Positions 30,129-42,769 are shown, counted from the stretch's first letter. The stretch is 64,000 nt of DNA from an uncultured Alphaproteobacteria bacterium (GCA_944389535.1 CALXMS010000002.1:129041-193040); one strand, 5' to 3'. The notes: a model not told the origin generated them from the letters alone. Numbers and translations are program-made.

Positions 30129-31061
30129 TTAAACCATAGATTCTAAGCGTTCGATGCGTTTTTCAACTGGTGGATGTGTTGCCATCAAAGAACTAACGAA
30201 TTCTTTCGGTCCACCTGGATCTGCAATACATACGGCTGCCATTGATTTTACTTTATCTAAGCATTCTACGCGGGCGTCTGTCGTAATTTTACGTAATGCG
30301 GATGCAAGAGCCCGTGGATTTCTGGTGATGTGTGCACCAGTTGCATCGGCTGCATATTCACGATTGCGTGAAACGGCCATGCGCAAAATAGGTGTTATTA
30401 TCCAATTGAATACCATGAAAGCCAACCATACCATTAATAAGATTGCACTACTGTTATTTTTGTTATCGTTATTGTTATGATTACTGCTTATTGCTAAACG
30501 AAAAATTATATCAGCCGCAAATACCGTTACGCCGATACCCGTTATCAACATCATATCAAGTCTGATGTCTCGGTTACCGATATGTGCCATTTCGTGAGCG
30601 ATGACGCCTTCTAGTTCAAGTTTGTCTAATTTTTTTATAATTCCACGCGTAAGCGCAACAGATGCATCCTTTGGGCTGCGACCAGTTGCAAATGCGTTCA
30701 TAGAATCGTCGTTTATTATATACACTCGCGGTTGCGGTAATCCTGCGGCAATGGCTACGTTTTCTACGCTGCGAAATATTTCTCGATATTGTGGGTCTTC
30801 ATCTGATATTTCTTGCGCTTGGGCAGAATGAAGCATCATGGAATCCCCGAATGCCCATGAAATAAGTAACCATACCGCACATGCTATAAACGTCGGAACG
30901 GCAACTTTTATCGTGGTATTCAGCGCCTGTTCTGCAGGAACGACTATCCATGTAAATAAAAATACCAATGCAATAAAAATTAATGGAAATGCAACAACTA
31001 GTAACATAGTTTTAATATTATTACTGCGAATATGGTCATATACTGTTTTGACTTTGGTCAT
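30129..31061 (-). CDS. htpX: Protease HtpX (M48 family)
   Basis: 'HEMAHIGNRD' HExxH motif and TM helices. Confidence 0.85.
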   Translation of the reverse strand: MTKVKTVYDHIRSNNIKTMLLVVAFPLIFIALVFLFTWIVVPAEQALNTTIKVAVPTFIACAVWLLISWAFGDSMMLHSAQAQEISDEDPQYREIFRSVENVAIAAGLPQPRVYIINDDSMNAFATGRSPKDASVALTRGIIKKLDKLELEGVIAHEMAHIGNRDIRLDMMLITGIGVTVFAADIIFRLAISSNHNNNDNKNNSSAILLMVWLAFMVFNWIITPILRMAVSRNREYAADATGAHITRNPRALASALRKITTDARVECLDKVKSMAAVCIADPGGPKEFVSSLMATHPPVEKRIERLESMV

Positions 31062-31129
31062 AGTAAATACTTCCTGTTAAAAATTCATCTTTTCCAACTT
31101 ATTATAAACAAAAAACGAGGCGCGTCATC

Positions 31130-32287
31130 ATGAAAAATATTTTTAAGTTATTCATATTATTATTCTGTTTTGATGCCACTGCCGCAACTGTTCAAAATAA
31201 TATTTTTTCTGGTGCCCCAGCATATTTATCCGATGCTGCAAAAGCCTGGTCTGGAATATTCTCTGAATTCGGAGAAAGTGCCACTGTTGTATCATATATA
31301 AATCAAATACAAAGTAGCGATGTTGCACAGTATCTTGATATAATTTCAATTTTAGGTTTTAACAATACGTCAATAGCTTTATATGAAGTTAATAACCATC
31401 TTGCGCAATCTTTCAGCGTGCTGGAATCACCGTTAGTCGCACGTCGTAATGAGTGTACTAATAATCTTTCTATATGTGAATACGGTCGTCGTACGGTCGT
31501 TGTTGACGGTCAAATCTTTGGTTCGTTCGCAGATTATAGCGCCGGGGAAAACGGCGATTTTAAGACCAAAGGTACGGGGTTTGTAGTAAACGCAAAGGGG
31601 TACTTTTCAGATGGGTGGTTAGTTGGCGTTGAATATGTAAGGTCTATGACGGATACTCATGATACAAAAGTATATTCTGATGCCGGAGGTAACAGCGTAA
31701 CTCTTTTTACACAATACTTGGCCAAGTCTGGGATATTTATGAATCTAGGTTTAAACGCCGGTCATATCAGTTGGACTATGGATAAATCTATAGGAAGTAT
31801 ACCAGATAACAGTACATACGATACATATTTTTATGCCGGGCAAATGAATTTCGGGATGCGTATGTTACGCGATCGTATATCCATGACCCCTAGTATTTCC
31901 GTTAAATATTATTTGACAAACGCCGATAAATATATAGATACAGTCGTCCAAGAGTTTGATGATTGGTGGTATAATATAATGACGGCTTCTGCAAGTTTTG
32001 ATATAGCATTTGATTTTGTCGGGGCCGACTTTGTAGTCCGACCAAGTTTGCGCGTGGGTGGGGGTTATGATGTAATTAGTCGCGGTACGGATAGTATGAG
32101 GGTACAATTAATAGATAATCAGTTTTATGATATACCAATTGATGCACCGCGTCGGGCTATGTTTAATACGGGTTTAGGTATAGATTTCTTTAATCAATAT
32201 TTTACCGCTGGCTTAAATTATAATTTTGATATGAGGGCGGATTATATCAATAATATAATCTCTGCAAAAATAAAGATGGCGTTTTAA
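31130..32287 (+). CDS. Outer-membrane beta-barrel protein (autotransporter-beta-domain-like) with signal peptide
   Basis: 385 aa with a signal peptide and a C-terminal 'KIKMAF'. Confidence 0.6.
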   Translation: MKNIFKLFILLFCFDATAATVQNNIFSGAPAYLSDAAKAWSGIFSEFGESATVVSYINQIQSSDVAQYLDIISILGFNNTSIALYEVNNHLAQSFSVLESPLVARRNECTNNLSICEYGRRTVVVDGQIFGSFADYSAGENGDFKTKGTGFVVNAKGYFSDGWLVGVEYVRSMTDTHDTKVYSDAGGNSVTLFTQYLAKSGIFMNLGLNAGHISWTMDKSIGSIPDNSTYDTYFYAGQMNFGMRMLRDRISMTPSISVKYYLTNADKYIDTVVQEFDDWWYNIMTASASFDIAFDFVGADFVVRPSLRVGGGYDVISRGTDSMRVQLIDNQFYDIPIDAPRRAMFNTGLGIDFFNQYFTAGLNYNFDMRADYINNIISAKIKMAF

Positions 32288-32320
32288 TTTTTATGTAAAT
32301 CTGGTATAATATTCATAATT

Positions 32321-33163
32321 ATGAAGAATATCAGTTTTTATATTTTTGCTGCTTTGTTTGTTATTTTCGGTACTGCTGAAGGGGCAAGTTTATTGCAACC
32401 AAAATCTTTTCCAAAGACAGCAGATGATTTAACCTTTATACAAAGTGTCGCATTAAAGCAAGAAGGTTATGAACCTTGGGAAACAATTTACGACGATAAA
32501 GGAAGATGTATATCAGGCTGTTTATATCCTGGAATTACGATTCAAGAAGATTTGGCTTTGGCAGAGGAACGTACAGCAATGGCATGGAATCTGGCACAGC
32601 AATATATTCAAACAGATTATCAGCAATATACATCTTATCAACCGCAGCCACAGGTTGATAAAACAGTACCTCAAAATTCTGATTTACAAAATATCGTTAC
32701 AGCAGTTCAACAACCGCAACGAGGGTGCGCACCAGCAAATGTAAATATCCCTATAAATCAACGCACGCCATTTGGTCTGCCATTACTTGGGAAGCCTATA
32801 GTGACATCTGGATTCGGGGGCAGGATTCATCCTGTAACCGGGGAACAATCTGGTCATTGGGGAATAGATCTTGCCGCCACTGTGGGAACAAATGTTTTTT
32901 CACCTGCAAATGGGACCGTGGCGGCGGTATGGACTGATAGTACTTGCGGTAACGGTTTAAGAATACAGCATAGTGATGGCTATGAAACAGTTTATTGTCA
33001 TTTAAATAAGGTATTTGTAAAAAACGGAGAAACGGTTAAAGCAGGCTGTAAGGTAGCAGAGACCGGAAATACCGGTCGGACAACGGGACCTCATTTACAC
33101 TATGGAATAAAGCAACAAGGTGGTTTTATAAATCCGACGAAATGGATTAGCGTTAACAGTTAG
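32321..33163 (+). CDS. M23-family peptidase (secreted)
   Basis: 'HWGIDLAA', 'GTVA', 'GPHLHYGI'. Confidence 0.8.
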   Translation: MKNISFYIFAALFVIFGTAEGASLLQPKSFPKTADDLTFIQSVALKQEGYEPWETIYDDKGRCISGCLYPGITIQEDLALAEERTAMAWNLAQQYIQTDYQQYTSYQPQPQVDKTVPQNSDLQNIVTAVQQPQRGCAPANVNIPINQRTPFGLPLLGKPIVTSGFGGRIHPVTGEQSGHWGIDLAATVGTNVFSPANGTVAAVWTDSTCGNGLRIQHSDGYETVYCHLNKVFVKNGETVKAGCKVAETGNTGRTTGPHLHYGIKQQGGFINPTKWISVNS

Positions 33164-33531
33164 GTTTTTAAACTTTTAAATTTAACTTCAAAACTACCGT
33201 TGTTTATCGGTTTTGAAGAATGTATGTATGGAGATAAAATACTTTCGTTAACCCATTGTGGAAATTTTTTATGTAAAATACCGCTGGCTCCTGTTATTAT
33301 CGTTGCGTTACGAATCCCAGATTTTGCTAAACTCATTATTTCTTGCCAAGCTTGTTCTTCTGTATGTTTATGTAGATCTAATACGAAATGTTTAGGTATG
33401 GAGGGCTTTTGCGCTGGTATCAGCTTAGATAACTTTAATTCTGCACGTACTTGTTTTCGTATCGCATTGTCATCTGGAACGAAAATGTCCCCGGTCATTT
33501 CTGCAATATCTTTATCGGATAGCTGTTTCAT
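33160..33531 (-). CDS. Smr-domain protein
   Basis: 'LDLHKHT...ITGASGILH' Smr-like motif. Confidence 0.65.
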   Translation of the reverse strand: MKQLSDKDIAEMTGDIFVPDDNAIRKQVRAELKLSKLIPAQKPSIPKHFVLDLHKHTEEQAWQEIMSLAKSGIRNATIITGASGILHKKFPQWVNESILSPYIHSSKPINNGSFEVKFKSLKT

Positions 33532-34296
33532 TTATTTATCTTTACCAGATTCAAAGTCGGCGGACTTCTTTGAAAGCTTTTTCGTCCATGAATTATCTGG
33601 AAAGTTCAGACGTAACATTTCTGCATAACCATAGGCTTGTTCCGGCAGACCAATTGCTGTATAGCATTCTGTTAGTCTATATAAAGCCTCTGGTGTCATT
33701 GCCGTTTCTTGGGCCGTCTGAACTATCGACTGCAGGCGAGATATTGCGCTTGGCCAATTTTCTTTTGCCATGTCAGAGCGAGCAGAGTACATGGCTTTGC
33801 CGGCAATGTAATTTTTTAAAATGATAATTTTATTTTCTGCGTTTTTTGCATATTCAGAATTCGGAAATCTGTCAACCAGTTGTTGAAACTGTTGTAAAGC
33901 ATACGCAGACATTCCTGGTTCGCGACGTACATCACTTACTTGACGGTAATAGCACATCCCACGTAGGTATAACATATAAGGGACGTCTGCGTGCCCTGGG
34001 TGAAAGCGCATAAAGCGATCGGCAACCAAAATTGCCCCCGCAAAGTCGTTGTCCATATAGTAAGAATATGCGGCCATTACTAAAGCATCTGCTGACCATG
34101 GGCTAGATGGATACTGTGCTTCAGCTTTTAAGAATTCTTCGGCGGCGGTTTCAAAATGCTCGTCATTAAATTCGGCATAAGCTGTTGTGTATATGTCGGC
34201 CAAATCGCGCTGTTCTTCTATATCGGTGCTTGTTCCAGTACATGAAGTAAGTATTGCCGTTAAACCTAGTAAAAATAATATTTTTTTTGTCTGCAT
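33532..34296 (-). CDS. bamD: Outer-membrane protein assembly factor BamD (TPR lipoprotein)
   Basis: Lipoprotein signal 'LTAILTSC' followed by TPR repeats. The long ORF up to 34641 is taken to be an artefactual N-terminal extension that overlaps murJ. Confidence 0.8.
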   Translation of the reverse strand: MQTKKILFLLGLTAILTSCTGTSTDIEEQRDLADIYTTAYAEFNDEHFETAAEEFLKAEAQYPSSPWSADALVMAAYSYYMDNDFAGAILVADRFMRFHPGHADVPYMLYLRGMCYYRQVSDVRREPGMSAYALQQFQQLVDRFPNSEYAKNAENKIIILKNYIAGKAMYSARSDMAKENWPSAISRLQSIVQTAQETAMTPEALYRLTECYTAIGLPEQAYGYAEMLRLNFPDNSWTKKLSKKSADFESGKDK

Positions 34297-34324
34297 ATTC
34301 CTGCCTTGATTTTCGTTCTTAAAC

Positions 34325-35803
34325 GTGAGTATAATCCAAACTATGAGACTAGGCAAACATATTTTCGGTGTAGGCGTCATGACTGGTGTCAGTCGCGTTT
34401 TCGGTTTCGTACGCGATATGCTGATAGCACACGTTTTTGGGGCGGGGCGTTTGTCCGACGTGTTTTTAGCGGCATTTAAGTTACCGAATTTGTTCCGTGA
34501 TTTATTGGGAGAAGGGGCTTTGTCTTCTATTTTTATTCCTATGTATACGAATAAAAATAAAGACGAAAATTTTGCAAAGAATGTATTTTCTTGGTTAATG
34601 GTCGTCTTACTTGGCATTACCTTGTTGTTTGAAATATTCATGCCTTTAGTAGTTTGGATTCTTGCCCCAGGTTTTGCCGATGAGCCGGGTAAGATGCAGC
34701 TGACGGTACTTATTTCCAGAATTATGTTCTGGTACGTAATCTTTATTTGCGGTTCTGCCTTTTTATCTGCAATTTTAAACGCGTTTTCAAAATTTTTATT
34801 GGTTGCGTTTATGCCTGTGTTATTAAACCTAATGTTAATAGGTGTTTTATTACTTGGGGCGTTCTTTGCACAAGGAACGGTTTTATATTTAATGGCGTTT
34901 ACGGTGGTGTTGTCTGGGATAATTCAATTTGGTATTTTATGGGGAAGGATTCGTCGTAGGCATTTTGGGTTGCGTTTAATAAGGCCTCGTTGGACGCCGG
35001 CCATTAAAAGCATGTTTAAAAGGTTGGGGATAAGCATCGTCGGTAACGGTTTTTATCAAATAACCATAATAGTTGGTACGTTGGTTGCCAGTTTTCAAAA
35101 TGGGGCTGTTTCTTGGCTTTATTATTCAGATAGAATTGTTCAATTGCCGTTCGCTTTGATTGGTTTGGCTGTTGGAACAGTGTTGATGTCTTCTATTTCT
35201 AATGCGTTGGCGGAAAAGAATATGCGCAGCGTATATATTCAGCAGAATTCTTCTATGCGTCAATCTATGATGCTGATAATGCCGTGTATGGTCGGGTTAT
35301 TTGTTTTAGCAGAACCGATTATAAAATATCTTTTTCAATACGGTGCGTGGACTGCGGCCTCAACACATGCAGTCGCCATGGCCATAATGATACAGGTATT
35401 AGTTTTACCTGCAATGATGATAAGTCAGATTTATAGTAAAACACTTTATGCTTCGCAAGATGTGCGTACTCCTGTAAAAACTAGTATGATATCGCTGGCG
35501 GTTGCAGCGATTATATATCTTGCGGCTTTCCCGTTTATAGGGTATTTGGCCATACCTGTCGGTGTGGTAATCAGCGGTTATTTGAAAAATTATTTATTAC
35601 GTCGCGCATGCGGTCGCCGTAATCTGATTCATACAGAGCCCCGTACGCGGCGGGCTATATTTGCGTTTGGTGCGCTTTCCGTACTTATGGGATATGGGTT
35701 GTGGATGGTACCAATTTCTAATATTTGGATGCTTTTTATTGCAATAGGCGTTTTTGCGATTATTTATTTGCCGATAGCTTATCTTATAAATAAAAAAATA
35801 TAG
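34325..35803 (+). CDS. murJ: Lipid II flippase MurJ
   Basis: 492 aa; N-terminal 'VSRVFGFVRDMLIAHVFGAG'; polytopic membrane protein. Confidence 0.85.
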   Translation: MSIIQTMRLGKHIFGVGVMTGVSRVFGFVRDMLIAHVFGAGRLSDVFLAAFKLPNLFRDLLGEGALSSIFIPMYTNKNKDENFAKNVFSWLMVVLLGITLLFEIFMPLVVWILAPGFADEPGKMQLTVLISRIMFWYVIFICGSAFLSAILNAFSKFLLVAFMPVLLNLMLIGVLLLGAFFAQGTVLYLMAFTVVLSGIIQFGILWGRIRRRHFGLRLIRPRWTPAIKSMFKRLGISIVGNGFYQITIIVGTLVASFQNGAVSWLYYSDRIVQLPFALIGLAVGTVLMSSISNALAEKNMRSVYIQQNSSMRQSMMLIMPCMVGLFVLAEPIIKYLFQYGAWTAASTHAVAMAIMIQVLVLPAMMISQIYSKTLYASQDVRTPVKTSMISLAVAAIIYLAAFPFIGYLAIPVGVVISGYLKNYLLRRACGRRNLIHTEPRTRRAIFAFGALSVLMGYGLWMVPISNIWMLFIAIGVFAIIYLPIAYLINKKI

Positions 35804-35872
35804 TCAAAATAAAGTTGAAAGAGGACTTTTTATATGATAAAATCTTATCATAAGAATGTAAGGAGTCCTATA

Positions 35873-36766
35873 ATGAAAAAAGTAATATCTTTGGCAGTAT
35901 TGACCGCTGTGCTGGTCGGTTGTACTGATTTGAATACAGCAGATACCAGTGCGATGAACAGTTATGGTACCGACGGTTTCGGTGAAGAAACCTTGGTTAC
36001 GACAGACGATTCTTTAAATAACACATATTTGTTGGCTCCGGCACCTAAGTACTATGTCGGCAGCGCTTATAAAGTTGAAGACGTACAATATATTCCTGTT
36101 GAAGATTTGACATACAACCAAACGGGTATCGCGGGTATAATTCCTGCAGAACTAAATGGCACGAAAACTAGCAACGGTGAAGTTTTTGATATGAATCAGA
36201 TGGTTGCGACCAGTAAGACTTTACCACTGCCAACAATAGCCAGAGTAACGAACTTGGATAATGGTCAGTCCGTGGTCGTTCGTGTAAACAATCGTGGACC
36301 TTTTGTAAATACTCGTATTATGGATTTGTCACCGGCTGCGGCACAAAAAATTGGCATGAACGGTCAGACAAAGGTACAGGTTCAGGTTATGGCCAATGAA
36401 TCTACGGCCGTCAAAAATGCGACATTAGGTACTGCGGCTCAGACAGTAACGCCGGCTCAGACAGAAACAACAGTAATTACAACTACGACGGCACCTGGTG
36501 TATCGACTACACCTGCAGCGACTTCTGGCGATTATAGCGTTCAGGTTGCAGCGTTTTATGCACAAGACAGTGCAGATGCATTGGCCGCTCGTATGGCGCA
36601 ATATGGTAACGCAGTTGTCGTACCAGAAGGAGATATGTATAAAGTACGTATCGTAAACTTAGATGCGGCACAGGCGCGCAGCGTAATAGATGCCTTACGT
36701 GCTAATGAAGGTATGGCACCAGGGCTGTTGTTAAATGGTCGCTGGATAAATGCAGATAGCATTTAA
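35873..36766 (+). CDS. rlpA: Septal ring lytic transglycosylase RlpA-like lipoprotein (DPBB plus SPOR domains)
   Basis: Lipobox 'LVGC', a DPBB core and a C-terminal SPOR domain ('YSVQVAAF...'). Confidence 0.8.
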   Translation: MKKVISLAVLTAVLVGCTDLNTADTSAMNSYGTDGFGEETLVTTDDSLNNTYLLAPAPKYYVGSAYKVEDVQYIPVEDLTYNQTGIAGIIPAELNGTKTSNGEVFDMNQMVATSKTLPLPTIARVTNLDNGQSVVVRVNNRGPFVNTRIMDLSPAAAQKIGMNGQTKVQVQVMANESTAVKNATLGTAAQTVTPAQTETTVITTTTAPGVSTTPAATSGDYSVQVAAFYAQDSADALAARMAQYGNAVVVPEGDMYKVRIVNLDAAQARSVIDALRANEGMAPGLLLNGRWINADSI

Positions 36767-36793
36767 AAAAGCCCCGAAAGGGGCTTTTTTTAT
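36767..36793. terminator. Bidirectional terminator (GCCCC-GAAA-GGGGC plus T7)
   Basis: Hairpin flanked by A6 and T7 between convergent genes. Confidence 0.7.
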
Positions 36794-37509
36794 TTCTGTT
36801 TTTGATTGATTTTATCTATTGGTATGACAGCCGCGGGCGTTGGCCCCATTTGACCGTTATAGTGACTGGACTTATTTTTATTATATGGTTTACGATCACC
36901 AACAAATTGTTCATAGTAGATTTGTCCAATTCTCATATCTGGGCGTACCACGGTCGGGTACAATACTTTTATTTCCAAAGTCCATTGTCCGCAGAAACCG
37001 TCATCGCCCCGTCCGGCGGTATGATGGTTTAATATGAAATTCCGTCCAACTGATGATTTACCGTCTATATAAGGAAATAAATTATAGGTTTCTGTATATT
37101 CTATGGTGTGCCCCAAATATCCTATATAAGGAGATAAAATGACACCGCTTTCTGGTATAATAATATCAATTGTTTCATGTAAATCTTCGTTGCAGGGGTC
37201 TAATAAAAATTGCGGGTTCCTTGCATCAAATTCTTCTGGGTGTTTTATATATCGTGCATAGCTGTTGTTGTCGATAAACCAATCGCGCATGGAATATTTT
37301 TTATTTGGATCGTATTCTATTACAGGTTTCATTCCATAGGGTAAAGTATGCGCATATATTTTTAGTTTATTTCCTAAATGCAAATCATAGCTATTGCTTC
37401 CTAAACATTTTTTGTTAAACGGTTTTATTATTATATTTGGTTTACTATCAGGATTGCTTGGGTTTGGTGTATTCATACAGCGCAATATTTCTGGACCTGT
37501 CAGTTGCAT
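36790..37509 (-). CDS. dcd: dCTP deaminase-like protein (dUTPase superfamily)
   Basis: N-terminal 'MQLTGPEIL...NSYDLHLG', typical of Dcd; the C-terminal region is longer than canonical. Confidence 0.7.
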   Translation of the reverse strand: MQLTGPEILRCMNTPNPSNPDSKPNIIIKPFNKKCLGSNSYDLHLGNKLKIYAHTLPYGMKPVIEYDPNKKYSMRDWFIDNNSYARYIKHPEEFDARNPQFLLDPCNEDLHETIDIIIPESGVILSPYIGYLGHTIEYTETYNLFPYIDGKSSVGRNFILNHHTAGRGDDGFCGQWTLEIKVLYPTVVRPDMRIGQIYYEQFVGDRKPYNKNKSSHYNGQMGPTPAAVIPIDKINQKQK

Positions 37510-37610
37510 AAAACATCCTTTATGTTAAATATTATTGACAATTTAATATGATAGTCTAATTTTTGCAAGATTTTTGTTCACTTTTGTTGAAAGTGTGCTA
37601 TGTTTCGATT

Positions 37611-38537
37611 ATGACTGATACATATTCTGGTTTTATAGCTATTATTGGGCCGACGAACGCCGGTAAAAGTACTTTACTTAACCAAATTATGGGGCGAAAG
37701 GTATCTATTGTCTCGCATAAGGTTCAGACGACGCGTACTAATTTTCGCGCTATAAAGATGGTTGGTAACCGGCAATTGATTTTTGTTGATACACCGGGAA
37801 TTTTTCGTCCTTCTCGTCGGTTAGATAGAGCGATGGTTGGGGCGGCAATGGATGCCACATCTGATGCGGATGCGATTTTATTGGTAATTGATGCGCAAAA
37901 AGGTGTAACTGATACGGTTCGTGGGTTGATAGAAAAGGTAAAAGACCATAAGAACTTGTTCGTTGCATTAAACAAAGTAGATGCAGTCGCAAAACTGGAT
38001 TTATTGCCATTAACGGCGCAGATTGTTGAATTAGCATCTCCGCGTGAAATATTTATGATATCGGCGTTAAAGAACGACGGTGTAAAGCAAATGTTGGAAA
38101 GTTTGGCGTCAGTAATGCCAGCAGGGCCGTATATGTTTGATGCCAAAGATGCCTCAGACGTACCAGATAATCTTTATCTGGCAGAATTAACGCGCGAGAA
38201 AATATATAAATATGTTCATCAAGAATTGCCTTATCACATAAACGTTGTGACCGAAAAGGTAGATGTTGATGACGAAGGTGTTCTTGATATATATCAAAAG
38301 ATAGCAGTTCAGAATGAAGCACATAAGAAGATAGTAATTGGTCGTGGTGGTGCACAGCTAAAAAGAATAGGAACGGCAGCCAGACACGATATACAAGATC
38401 AGTGGGGGGTAAACGCACGTCTTCATTTATTCGTACGCGTAGAACCGGATTGGGAGAATAAAGCAGAAAACTATGAAGAACAGGGATTAGAGTTTAAAAA
38501 GATAGTTAACTCTAAAACAAACAATAAGGACAAATGA
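37611..38537 (+). CDS. era: GTPase Era
   Basis: G1 'GPTNAGKST', G3 'DTPG', 'NKVD' and a C-terminal KH domain. Start taken at MTDTYSG. Confidence 0.9.
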   Translation: MTDTYSGFIAIIGPTNAGKSTLLNQIMGRKVSIVSHKVQTTRTNFRAIKMVGNRQLIFVDTPGIFRPSRRLDRAMVGAAMDATSDADAILLVIDAQKGVTDTVRGLIEKVKDHKNLFVALNKVDAVAKLDLLPLTAQIVELASPREIFMISALKNDGVKQMLESLASVMPAGPYMFDAKDASDVPDNLYLAELTREKIYKYVHQELPYHINVVTEKVDVDDEGVLDIYQKIAVQNEAHKKIVIGRGGAQLKRIGTAARHDIQDQWGVNARLHLFVRVEPDWENKAENYEEQGLEFKKIVNSKTNNKDK

Positions 38538-38872
38538 TGAACGGCAACGTTGATAATAAAAAAATGAATCTAAGGTTAAATATATTAAGATGTATTGTTT
38601 TTGGTACAGCAAGTGCATGTTTCCTCATATCATATAAATTAGCTGCTCCATATACATTGCAGGAATGCATTGTGACAAATAAAACCAAAGACTCTATAAC
38701 TTATAGGTATTCTAATTCAATAGATACTATATCAAGATCTGTATATATCAAAGATATAATTAATGGTGTTGGATATTCTAAATATATAAATGCTGGTGAT
38801 AGAGTTTTAATGATAATTCCTAAGGAAAATGCAGAATATAAAAAATACAGATTCGTTCAGAAGGTAAGATAA
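38534..38872 (+). CDS. Small hypothetical membrane protein, translationally coupled to era (ATGA overlap)
   Basis: 112 aa, one TM helix, no recognisable domain. Confidence 0.45.
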   Translation: MMNGNVDNKKMNLRLNILRCIVFGTASACFLISYKLAAPYTLQECIVTNKTKDSITYRYSNSIDTISRSVYIKDIINGVGYSKYINAGDRVLMIIPKENAEYKKYRFVQKVR

Positions 38873-38876
38873 GTTT

Positions 38877-41029
<2,153 letters not shown>

Positions 41030-41365
41030 ATGAATAACAATGATAAATTTATAAAACAAAAAGAATTTGATACGTCATCGCCAAAGCTGACGTTGGATGT
41101 TATGGCAAAAGTATATTTGGCAACGGCTGTAAAGTCTGCAAATAAATTAACTTTTGTTTATACGCTGGCATGTATACGTTCTGGTAACATGTATGGTTTG
41201 TTCCCTACGACAGAAATATCCACATTTGATAGTGAAAAAGACGCGGCTATATTTCATAAAACCATAAATGAAATTATGTCTGTACAATCAAAGCATGTTG
41301 GCATGAAAAAAATAAAAGATATGATGTCAGATAAGATAAAAGAATTTCATGCAATGGTACGTTAA
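41030..41365 (+). CDS. Hypothetical protein, start overlapping the tgt stop (TAAATG)
   Basis: 111 aa; no TM helix, so it is not YajC. Confidence 0.5.
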   Translation: MNNNDKFIKQKEFDTSSPKLTLDVMAKVYLATAVKSANKLTFVYTLACIRSGNMYGLFPTTEISTFDSEKDAAIFHKTINEIMSVQSKHVGMKKIKDMMSDKIKEFHAMVR

Positions 41366-41427
41366 AAACAGTTGAAATAAAAACTGATAATTTATTAAAC
41401 TAAAAGTATCAGAAAAGGAGTTTTAAA

Positions 41428-42459
41428 ATGCCAAGGAAGAAAAAAGAGGTAGAAGTTATAGATATGGGCGGTGCAAAGACCGTGAAAAAAAAGACGTCTT
41501 TTGTTACACGTACTAAACGGATATTTGCGGTTGTTTCTATCATCTGGATTGTGTTGGTAATATGGGCGCCTTTGTGGGTAAAGAATACGTATTCTCAACC
41601 GATAAAAAAATCCATTGTTGTATCAATGTTTTTTGATCTGCAAAGAAATATTGTGGAACAGTATGAAAAACTTCTTGATGGCATAAAAGATTCAATTAAC
41701 TTAGAAGAACCTGTCGCTTTCGCTGTGGATAAGGTACGGATGGCCGAAGACGTAGTAGATAAAGTAACCGATACAACGGCCAAGGCAAAAGAGACAACGG
41801 CAAAAGCAGAACAGGCAACTGATAAAGTGACCGAGGCGACAGGAAAAGTACAAAAGTTAAGCGGTTTAGCTAATATGTTTGGTATAAATACCAGTGGCGT
41901 TGATAAGGCTTTAGAAGGTGTAAACGAAGGTGTTGATGCTGCGAACGCCGGTATAGATAAAGCAAACGATGCAATTGCCAAGGTTGACGATACCGCTGCT
42001 TTGGTAAACGAGAAGTTAAATGAAATAGAAACGGACTTGACCGGATTATTACAGGTTCAGATTGATGATATGATTGACGGGGTAATAAAGTCGCAATTGG
42101 ATAAAAATACTGGTGGTTTGGGTACTACTTTGCTGACGAATTATGGTATAGAACATGTTTATCCATGGCGTCCTTCGTCTTGGTCTGTGGCAACAAAGAT
42201 ATATGATGATTTGTCACAGTCTGACGTAACCGTTATAAACGTAATTACTGATACGGTAGATAAGTATTTTGGTTACGTTGCATGGGGGCTGGTAATAGCG
42301 GCATGGGCCATAGGTTTATTGATATGGATTTCAGTGTTCAAAAAGGTAAAGGCTTTGATATCGCCGTTTTTGGTATGCCCCCGTTGCGGACATACGTTTG
42401 CTGACAAGCGTACGGCATATAGCTTATTGAAAGTATTACAGCCGTGGAAATGGTTGTAA
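41428..42459 (+). CDS. Hypothetical membrane protein with 11-residue repeat/coiled-coil region and C-terminal CxxC Zn-ribbon-like tail
   Basis: 343 aa. Two TM helices; DKVTD/TTAKA-type periodic repeats (LEA/apolipoprotein-like); C-terminal 'CPRCGHTF'. Confidence 0.55.
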   Translation: MPRKKKEVEVIDMGGAKTVKKKTSFVTRTKRIFAVVSIIWIVLVIWAPLWVKNTYSQPIKKSIVVSMFFDLQRNIVEQYEKLLDGIKDSINLEEPVAFAVDKVRMAEDVVDKVTDTTAKAKETTAKAEQATDKVTEATGKVQKLSGLANMFGINTSGVDKALEGVNEGVDAANAGIDKANDAIAKVDDTAALVNEKLNEIETDLTGLLQVQIDDMIDGVIKSQLDKNTGGLGTTLLTNYGIEHVYPWRPSSWSVATKIYDDLSQSDVTVINVITDTVDKYFGYVAWGLVIAAWAIGLLIWISVFKKVKALISPFLVCPRCGHTFADKRTAYSLLKVLQPWKWL

Positions 42460-42469
42460 GGTTGCTTTT

Positions 42470-42499
42470 TGAGCCCGCCAATAAGCGGGTTCTTTTTTA
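42470..42499 (+). terminator. Rho-independent terminator (GAGCCCGC-CAATAA-GCGGGTTC plus T-run)
   Basis: Hairpin and T6 after the stop at 42459. Confidence 0.6.
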
Positions 42500-42552
42500 G
42501 TATAAAAAAGACTTGCAAAGTCAGAAAAGATATGTCAGAATACTGCAGCAGT

Positions 42553-42629
42553 GCGAGCGTAGCTCAGTTGGCTAGAGCGCAACCTTGCCAAGGTTGAGGT
42601 CGAGGGTTCGAGCCCCTTTGCTCGCACCA
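42553..42629 (+). tRNA. tRNA-Gly (anticodon GCC)
   Basis: 77-nt cloverleaf. Acceptor GCGAGCG/TGCTCGC, anticodon loop TTGCCAA, T-loop GGTTCGAGCCC, encoded CCA. Confidence 0.9.
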
Positions 42630-42769
42630 GAGTTTTATATAAAGGTCTATGCATAATGAAATTTAACTTTAAAAAAATTTTTAATTGATGCGGTGCGACC
42701 TTCAAGTTAATGACGGACGCACTTCTTATGCGCCCGTTTTTTAATTTCAACACCTAAAAGGAATACAAA

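Noticed and set aside
33532-34641. Long 369-aa version of the bamD ORF
   Set aside because: The N-terminal 115 codons overlap murJ on the opposite strand and lack sense. The lipoprotein signal peptide and lipobox begin at the internal Met (34296).
42535-42753. 72-aa minus-strand ORF
   Set aside because: It completely overlaps the tRNA-Gly(GCC) gene and its terminator, so it is spurious.
42630-42769. Imperfect hairpin (CGGACGCAC...TGCGCCCG plus T-run) between tRNA-Gly and lysS
   Set aside because: The stem has mismatches. It is possibly a weak tRNA terminator, but it is too uncertain to annotate.
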